Assembly (NCBI RefSeq): GCF_018336915.1
Contig: NZ_CP064923.1
Coordinates: forward strand, 510,001-542,000
Reading direction: 5' to 3'
DNA: 32,000 nucleotides
From: Acaryochloris marina S15
GTDB lineage: Bacteria > Cyanobacteriota > Cyanobacteriia > Thermosynechococcales > Thermosynechococcaceae
Below the pieces are notes generated by a model. That model did no database searches. It had not been told where the DNA came from and saw only the letters and a list, made by a program, of their open reading frames with translations. Shown here one piece after another: positions 25,787 through 32,000 of the stretch. The position numbers were made by a program, and so were the translations under genes. How positions within the stretch are numbered: the first letter of the stretch is position 1; each line of letters opens with the position of its first letter.

Positions 25787-26599
25787 TTAGAGATTACGGG
25801 CACTAGCAAACTGTACTGCTGCCCGAGACGTGCCGATATATCGCCAATGCCAAGGCTCAAAATTAACCCCTTGGGCGTTGTTACGAGGAAATGAAAGTTC
25901 AAATCCATAGTTTCTGGCATTGTTAGTTAACCAGTCATAAGCTGTCGTGCTTTCAAAGGCCACCTTGAGATCTTTTTCCGGCTGGTTGCGATCGCCAATG
26001 TCGATTGCATATCCGGTGTGATGCTCACTAAATCCAGGAGGGGCGCTGAGTTTGGCGGCTTTTTCTTCGCTTCCTAGTTTTTGTACTTGTTTATCGAACA
26101 ATTCTTTTTGGTCGTTAACGGAACGAAACCCCGAAATCGGCTGAAGTGTGAGACTTGCATCAGCAGCAGCATTAACTAATTTGGTAAAGGCTGTTGCCGC
26201 TTCTTGATCCAAAGACTCACTACGACGATACGTTCCCCGCACAAAATCCCCAACATTAATCAGTCGGTTACCTGCATTTTCTGCATAGGGAAGATGACCA
26301 TAGTAGTTGTTAGGTGCTGAAGTGACCGGTGCTGCTGGAGCGTTCGCTGGGGAGGGAGCGTTAGAGATGGAGGGCAAGTTCTCATACAGCGGTGATGTGG
26401 GATTGCTCGTCGGAGGGGACGATGCTTGAGGTACTTCGACAGGGGGGGGAGCTGGCGGTGGCGGTGATTGCTCTTGTGATACGGGTGGATCAGCAGGGAC
26501 CAGTTGGAGGCTAGCCGCTAGCCAGACAATAACCGCTGTGGTCAAAATGCTGATCACCACAAACTGGAACTGGCCGAAAAATTTTTGAAACCCTTTCAT
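25787..26599 (-). CDS. M15-family D-alanyl-D-alanine carboxypeptidase (VanY-like), membrane-anchored
   Basis: LAS/VanY zinc motifs SEHHTGYAIDI (HxxxxxxD) and EPWHWRY, plus SGFRSVNDQ. N-terminal anchor FVVISILTTAVIVWLAA and a Pro-rich spacer. I prefer the ATG at 26599 (MKGFQKFF) to the TTG at 26638. Confidence 0.8.
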   Translation of the reverse strand: MKGFQKFFGQFQFVVISILTTAVIVWLAASLQLVPADPPVSQEQSPPPPAPPPVEVPQASSPPTSNPTSPLYENLPSISNAPSPANAPAAPVTSAPNNYYGHLPYAENAGNRLINVGDFVRGTYRRSESLDQEAATAFTKLVNAAADASLTLQPISGFRSVNDQKELFDKQVQKLGSEEKAAKLSAPPGFSEHHTGYAIDIGDRNQPEKDLKVAFESTTAYDWLTNNARNYGFELSFPRNNAQGVNFEPWHWRYIGTSRAAVQFASARNL

Positions 26600-26663
26600 A
26601 AGTCTATTTGCTGCCCCATTGATAGACAGTAACCACAATAATTGAGAATAGAAGCGTTAGGGT

Positions 26664-28502
26664 CTAATCTCGTTGAATAAGTTGGGCCGCAATCCAGCCC
26701 CGTACCCCTGACTGAGGAAACAATACCTCATACCAGAGGTAGCCACCGCCATCCTTACGTTGACCGACAATGCGAACGCGATCGCCAGGGTAAGCCATAT
26801 GTTTAGTCGAGAATTTTGTCCCCGGCCCTGTCCGAATATTTTTACTTTCTGGGCTTCCTACTATCGCCGCATTGGTGTTCGAAGGCGTGGGCGTGGGCGT
26901 TGGTTTTGGAGAGGGTTGCGCGGCTTGATCAGCTTTAACTAACTGTGCTGCAATCCACCCCTGTGCCTGGGATTCAGGAAAGTAGACGTTATGCCAGAGG
27001 AAGCCGCCCTGATCGCGATCGCTTGTAACAATCGTGATCCGATCGCCTGGGTAAGCCAGATGGGTTTGAGCATAGTTTGTCCCGGGACCAGACCGAATAT
27101 TTTTGGAACCAGGATCTCCTGCAATCCGGGCATTCGTTTGATCGGCATTAGGGGGTAATGCGATCTCAACCGGAGGAGGTGGGATGGGTCGAGTCACCTG
27201 GCTTGTACTGTCATTGGTGGGATTGGACGGGGACGTACTCACGGCTGTATCGGACGTAGAACGGTCTGTATCTGCAGTGGGTGAAGGTGAATTGCGAGTG
27301 AGTAGATCCGAAACCTGACCTCGCAAGAGGACTGCACTCACCAATACAAATACCCCAATCACACTTCCTGTGAGGATGGCTTTTTGCCATTCTGGAAACC
27401 GAGCTGGGTTGACGGTGGGGGGTACGGATGGGTGTTGCGGAACAACGGCTTGAGTCGGCTCAGATACAGCTGGTTCAGAGGAAGCTGAAACAGGAGTTTC
27501 GGCGGTAGGAATGGAGGGCTGTTGGAGGGTATGAGAGACGATATCTGTGGCTTCTACACCCACTGGAGTGGTGGCTTGATTAGCGAGGATCTCTAGATTC
27601 TGGGCACTTGCGTCCTGGACGACATCCACCACATGGGTTGCCGGGAGCACCAAATGATTCATCATGGCTACCGCACTGAGAAACCGTTCATTGGGCTGAG
27701 GGTGAATGGCCTGACTCAGGGTGGCAGAAAATTCTGAGGTGAGATTAGGCACTAAATGCTGCCAAAGAAGCATCCCCGTTTGCGGATCGGTTTCGAGTTC
27801 TTGAGGGATTTTAAGGGTGAGGAGATAGATGGCCGTGAGACCCAAGCTATATAGATCACTGCTGTAGACCGGACGTCCTGCCAGTTGCTCCATAGGCATA
27901 TATCCGGGGGTTCCTACCACAATGGAGCGATTCGTTTGTCCTTGGGAATTCACTACCGTGCTCATGGTCTCTTTAACGGCCCCAAAGTCGATTAGGTTGG
28001 GTATTCCGTCCTTTTGGCGCAAGATAATGTTGTCGGGTTTAATATCTCGATGAACAATCCGCTGTTGGTGAATATAGTCGATGACCGGCAAGAGCTTGAT
28101 CAAGATATCTCGCACTTCTGCCTCACTGAGGGGGCCATGCTGCATTTTCTGGGTCAGGGTTTGACCCGCCACCCACTCTTCCACCAGGTAAAACTGGCCG
28201 GCTTCTTCTAAAAAAGCGTAAAGCATCGGAATTTGGTCATGGCTTTCTCCTAAACGCTCTAGGATGGCAGCCTCCCTCTGAAATCGATCCTTCACCAATT
28301 GGTAAATCTGAGGATTATTATCAATGGGCTTCAACTGCTTGATCACGCATTGGCGGCGGGAGGGCATTTGAGTGTCTTCTGCCAAAAAGGTGGTGCCAAA
28401 TCCACCATCACCAAGGACTTTAATGACCCGGTAGCGGTTATTGAGTAAGGTTGGGGTTTGAGGGGTTTGCACATTGGGAGTATTGGTACCGGAATTCGTC
28501 AT
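26664..28502 (-). CDS. Hanks-type Ser/Thr protein kinase with a TM segment and two C-terminal SH3b-like domains
   Basis: GDGGFGTTFLA (G-loop), CVIKQL (Lys), HRDIKPDN, DFG, GTPGYMPMEQ. TM AILTGSVIGVFVLVSAVLL. Two repeats: G(D/S)P(G/E)SKNIR(S/T)GPGT...YPGDR(I/V)...GWIAAQL. Confidence 0.9.
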   Translation of the reverse strand: MTNSGTNTPNVQTPQTPTLLNNRYRVIKVLGDGGFGTTFLAEDTQMPSRRQCVIKQLKPIDNNPQIYQLVKDRFQREAAILERLGESHDQIPMLYAFLEEAGQFYLVEEWVAGQTLTQKMQHGPLSEAEVRDILIKLLPVIDYIHQQRIVHRDIKPDNIILRQKDGIPNLIDFGAVKETMSTVVNSQGQTNRSIVVGTPGYMPMEQLAGRPVYSSDLYSLGLTAIYLLTLKIPQELETDPQTGMLLWQHLVPNLTSEFSATLSQAIHPQPNERFLSAVAMMNHLVLPATHVVDVVQDASAQNLEILANQATTPVGVEATDIVSHTLQQPSIPTAETPVSASSEPAVSEPTQAVVPQHPSVPPTVNPARFPEWQKAILTGSVIGVFVLVSAVLLRGQVSDLLTRNSPSPTADTDRSTSDTAVSTSPSNPTNDSTSQVTRPIPPPPVEIALPPNADQTNARIAGDPGSKNIRSGPGTNYAQTHLAYPGDRITIVTSDRDQGGFLWHNVYFPESQAQGWIAAQLVKADQAAQPSPKPTPTPTPSNTNAAIVGSPESKNIRTGPGTKFSTKHMAYPGDRVRIVGQRKDGGGYLWYEVLFPQSGVRGWIAAQLIQRD

Positions 28503-28649
28503 GCATCCACCTGGCTGTCGAGAAATTATATGAGGAAGCCTTCATCCCACAATAGAGGCTACCTCTAGAATGTGCAGTGATCGGCTTCGATCTGTCATGT
28601 GATTTAAAACAATGCCGAGGCGAGTCGATCAGCTATCAAAGTCAAGACT

Positions 28650-29573
28650 ATGCAATTTTCCTATCAAACCTATCAACGATCGTTCCAGCAGCCCTTACAA
28701 ACGCGTTATGGTCGGTGGTCTGTTCGTCGGGGTTTGATCGTCACTTTAGAGGATGATGCTGGCAATATCGGCCAAGGTGAAATTGCTCCCCTATCGTGGT
28801 TTGGGTCTGAGACTTGGGAACAGGCTCAGGACTATTGCCAGCAACTGCCACCCCAGTTAACAGATACTCAAATATTGTCTATTCCAGATCACTATCCGGC
28901 TTGCCAGTTTGGATTGGGTTCAGCTTGGGAAGCGTTAACTCAAAATTCAGTATCAGCCTCTGTCCAGCCTAATATCTGTGGACTATTGCCAACCGGGAGG
29001 CAAGCCTTGTCTGCAGTTTCACAGTTATGGGAGCAGGGCTATCGAACCCTAAAGTGGAAAATTGGGGTGGAGGCTCCCGAACAAGAACAGGCAATTTTTC
29101 AGCAGTTGATTGGATCTTTGCCTCAGCAAGCCTTGCTCCGCTTAGATGCCAATGGCGGTTTAACCGATGAGTCTGCTTGTAGTTGGCTACACCTGTGTGA
29201 TCAAGTTGCAGGCCAAATTACCATTGAATATCTGGAGCAACCGCTATCCCCTGAGCAATTTTCTGCCATGTTGTCCTTAAGTCAGCAGTTTCAAACCCCC
29301 TTGGCCTTAGATGAGTCGGTGGCAACGCTATCTCAGCTACACCAGTGTGTTCAACAAGGATGGAACGGCATTTTCGTCATTAAACCTGCTATCTGTGGTT
29401 ATCCTCATCGCTTGCGCCAGTTTTGCCAATCCCATCCCATTGATGCGGTGTTCTCTTCTGTATTTGAATCAGAGGTTGGGCGGCAAGCCTGTCTAAGATT
29501 AGCGGCAGAACTCTCGAATCCCCAGCGGGCCATTGGATTTGGTGTTCGTCATTGGTTGTCACCGGATGAGTAA
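28650..29573 (+). CDS. menC: o-Succinylbenzoate synthase (enolase superfamily)
   Basis: ~307 aa with metal-ligand contexts RLDANGG, YLEQP and LALDES. It lies immediately upstream of, and overlaps, an OSB-CoA ligase gene. Confidence 0.8.
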   Translation: MQFSYQTYQRSFQQPLQTRYGRWSVRRGLIVTLEDDAGNIGQGEIAPLSWFGSETWEQAQDYCQQLPPQLTDTQILSIPDHYPACQFGLGSAWEALTQNSVSASVQPNICGLLPTGRQALSAVSQLWEQGYRTLKWKIGVEAPEQEQAIFQQLIGSLPQQALLRLDANGGLTDESACSWLHLCDQVAGQITIEYLEQPLSPEQFSAMLSLSQQFQTPLALDESVATLSQLHQCVQQGWNGIFVIKPAICGYPHRLRQFCQSHPIDAVFSSVFESEVGRQACLRLAAELSNPQRAIGFGVRHWLSPDE

Positions 29574-31023
29574 TACATCGTTCCCGGTGGATTCAGTTAA
29601 GCCTACTAATGCTCACGTGTTGGGTTCTCCCCAAGAGATATGGCAAAGGCAGGACTGGATTCTGGGCCTCAGTGATCAGCTTTTGTTAGAGCAAATTCAA
29701 CAAAGGCAACAGGAGCTACAAGACGTTATTGATCGAGAGAGATATCCCAGAGTTCTGTTAATCCAGTCCGATCCCTTAGAGTTCTTGGCTGGCTTGATGG
29801 CGGCTTGTTTATGTGATTGTCCTGTGTTTCTCGGGAATCCCCATTGGCAACGCTCTGAATGGCGGCAGGTGTTGCATTTGGTTAAACCCCATGTCATTTG
29901 GGACGCCTCTCAGCTGCCACAGCTGGATATCCCCGAACCAACCCCAGCTAAGCCGGAAGAAAAGGGATGGATTTTGGTTCCTACAGGGGGCTCATCGGGC
30001 CAAGTTCGATTTGCGATTCATACTTGGGCTACTCTAGCCGCTTCGGTTGAAGGCTGCCAACGTCATTTTTTTGGTGATGAATGGGGTGCCATCCATTCCT
30101 GCTGTTGGCTACCGCTGTATCACGTCAGTGGGTTGATGCAGTTTATGCGATCGCTACTCTCATACGGCAAGCTAATCCTCCTCCCTCGCCACTGTTTTTC
30201 CCCCACTCCCTCCTTAACTCCAGACGTTGCAGCTTTTCTGGATTCTCAATCTGAGCAGCCCCATCCGTATTTTCTCTCCCTTGTTCCCACCCAACTCCAA
30301 CGACTCTTGCAACAGAGCGACTCTCGCATACAGTGGCTGGCGCGATTTCGCACCATTCTGGTAGGGGGAGGTCCTACATGGCCTGCTTTACTACAGGCGG
30401 CTCGTCAGCATCATTTACGTCTGGCATTAACCTATGGAATGACGGAAACGGCAGCTCAAGTCGCCACCTTAGATCCAGATCAATTCCTTCTAGGTGCCGC
30501 ACATAATGGCCACATTTTGCCCCACGCTCAGATTGCGATTAAAGATGAGCAACATCAGGGCGTGCTGGCCCATCAAACTGGACAGGTGGTCATTGAAAGT
30601 ACCTCTCTTTGTAAGGGATATTACCCTCAACTATTTGTCTCTGATCACAAATTTTTTACGGATGATTTGGGGTATTTCAATGACCAAAGAGAGTTGCATA
30701 TTGTGGGTCGTTTAAGTCGCAAGATTATCTCTGGGGGTGAGAATGTTTTTCCTGAAGAAATAGAACGGTTAATCCTGGGTACAGGCATAGTGAAAGATGC
30801 CACGGTTTTTGGCCAACCCCACCCAGATTGGGGTCAAAGTATTACAGCAGTTGTGGTCCCTGCAGTAGACTCCTTTTCCCTAGCCGCATTGCAAGTTTTG
30901 CTGAAGACTCAACTCAGCCCCTTTAAACAACCCAAGCAATGGCATGTACTACCCAGACTGCCCCGCAATCCTCAAGGTAAAATCGACCAATCCCAGCTTA
31001 GAAAAGTACTTCAGGCTCATTAG
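29566..31023 (+). CDS. menE: o-Succinylbenzoate-CoA ligase (adenylate-forming enzyme)
   Basis: PTGGSSGQVRF, YGMTETAAQV, GRLSRKIISGGENVFPEE and a C-terminal QGKID lysine context. The ATG at 29566 overlaps the menC stop (29571..29573) by 8 nt; the ORF-track TTG at 29533 is less likely. Confidence 0.8.
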   Translation: MSNTSFPVDSVKPTNAHVLGSPQEIWQRQDWILGLSDQLLLEQIQQRQQELQDVIDRERYPRVLLIQSDPLEFLAGLMAACLCDCPVFLGNPHWQRSEWRQVLHLVKPHVIWDASQLPQLDIPEPTPAKPEEKGWILVPTGGSSGQVRFAIHTWATLAASVEGCQRHFFGDEWGAIHSCCWLPLYHVSGLMQFMRSLLSYGKLILLPRHCFSPTPSLTPDVAAFLDSQSEQPHPYFLSLVPTQLQRLLQQSDSRIQWLARFRTILVGGGPTWPALLQAARQHHLRLALTYGMTETAAQVATLDPDQFLLGAAHNGHILPHAQIAIKDEQHQGVLAHQTGQVVIESTSLCKGYYPQLFVSDHKFFTDDLGYFNDQRELHIVGRLSRKIISGGENVFPEEIERLILGTGIVKDATVFGQPHPDWGQSITAVVVPAVDSFSLAALQVLLKTQLSPFKQPKQWHVLPRLPRNPQGKIDQSQLRKVLQAH

Positions 31024-31441
31024 TAGGAGTTAGGAGACGCAAATTCTGGCGTTAACCCATCTAATTTTATTGATATGTTTCACTCTGTTAACCCCCGCAA
31101 ATAAGAGTGAACTTTAGTAAAATAACTGAGTCAGTCCTGGGGGTTAATGTTAGATTAAACCCAGGTACAAAAAGTCAAAGTTAACAAGTAACCCCAGAGC
31201 ACGTCAGTACCTCCTACCTCTGTTCTGAAGAGCAACCTTCTTCCTGAGAACTTACGATTTGTGGTCATCCTTTTCTATACGAAAAAGCTGAAGACCAGAA
31301 CACTTATCTAGTAAAGATATGTAAGACTTACCTCTTAGAACTGTTGCTGTTGTTAATGTCCACTTTAGTTGTTTTTTTCTTGTACACTCTATCTATTTTT
31401 TCAACTCTGAGCAAACATACATTCTCGGTTTCTATAGGATT

Positions 31442-31471
31442 AAGGGTTTGGTTGCAATAAGCCAAACCCTT
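31442..31471. terminator. Perfect 10-bp stem hairpin downstream of the HAD gene (possible terminator)
   Basis: aagggtttgg (31442..31451), 10-nt loop, ccaaaccctt (31462..31471). It lies 44 nt beyond the minus-strand stop at 31515. The U-tract is weak. Confidence 0.35.
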
Positions 31472-31514
31472 TAGCCGTTTTAGAGGTGTTTGTCATGCTC
31501 GAATAAAGCTTGAA

Positions 31515-32000
31515 TTAATGTGTGAGTAGCCGTTGAGTAATTTCGATAAATCCTAACCCCTCCGCTGCTTGGGTTATCGCTTGGGGATGGTGGTCAATCT
31601 GTTCCAGATAGTGAGACAAATTGGCAACGCCGACTGACAGAGGAAAAACTTGAGGGTCAAAGAGATCTTGATCATTGGGGCTATCGCCAATCGTCAAGAT
31701 TTGGGCTAACTCATATTGCTCAGGCAAGTGATGCTCGAGTACGGTTAGTAGCCCTGCTTGCTTGTTCTGGCCTTGGGGTTTGATGTGGCACTGCACTGTA
31801 CTATAGGTAAAATCAAATCCTTCAGTGGCGCAGAGATTCGCCATCTGATCTAAATCGACCGGATCGAAATCAGGATTATCAAAGGTCCAATCTGTGATCC
31901 TGAAAGCGTTGTCAGCCGTAGTCCGTAGATGCGGGAAATGAGTTTGAAGCATACGAAAGGTATTGGCTAAGTGAGCCCGGTGATCTTTGAGGCCAGGAAT
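31515..32000 (-). CDS. HAD-IIB (Cof / sucrose-phosphatase-like) hydrolase, C-terminal part; 5' end outside the window
   Basis: HAD motif IV ILTIGDSPNDQDLF. The minus-strand frame stays open from 31952 to base 32000 (IPGLKDHRAHLANTFRMLQTH), so the M at 31952 is internal. Confidence 0.7.
   Translation of the reverse strand: MPGLKDHRAHLANTFRMLQTHFPHLRTTADNAFRITDWTFDNPDFDPVDLDQMANLCATEGFDFTYSTVQCHIKPQGQNKQAGLLTVLEHHLPEQYELAQILTIGDSPNDQDLFDPQVFPLSVGVANLSHYLEQIDHHPQAITQAAEGLGFIEITQRLLTH

Overview
This is a cyanobacterial chromosomal window. The HIP1 octamer GCGATCGC occurs at least a dozen times (e.g. 5222..5229, 15100..15107), and the gene content fits: phylloquinone genes menC/menE and a PatA-CheY-CheW-MCP-CheA motility-type chemosensory operon. 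Left to right: (1) the 3' part of a trypsin-like protease/FGE-sulfatase fusion gene, cut by the window edge; (2) on the opposite strand, a 999-aa LRR-Roc-COR-TIR protein; (3) a full-length paralog of gene 1 with a Tat-like signal; (4) a five-gene minus-strand chemosensory operon (6546..14737); (5) a DUF2817/M14-like gene; (6) a hybrid histidine kinase with two receivers; (7) a 1318-aa Gln-rich coiled-coil protein ending in a LigA-type BRCT domain; (8) a 44-aa ORF with a strong SD and its own terminator; (9) a DUF3352-like membrane-anchored protein; (10) a Ser/Thr kinase with two SH3b domains, followed by an M15 (VanY-like) peptidase; (11) menC-menE; (12) a HAD-IIB hydrolase running off the right edge. 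I found no rRNA, tRNA, CRISPR array or clear transposase. The best candidate for an undescribed system is the LRR-Roc-COR-TIR (ROCO-TIR) gene at 1364..4363. It has sensor-switch-effector logic like TIR-NLR/STAND defence proteins, but with a Roc-COR GTPase as the switch, and it sits between two protease-FGE paralogs with repeat-bearing non-coding flanks. All domain calls come from motifs read by eye in the supplied translations. No database search was run.
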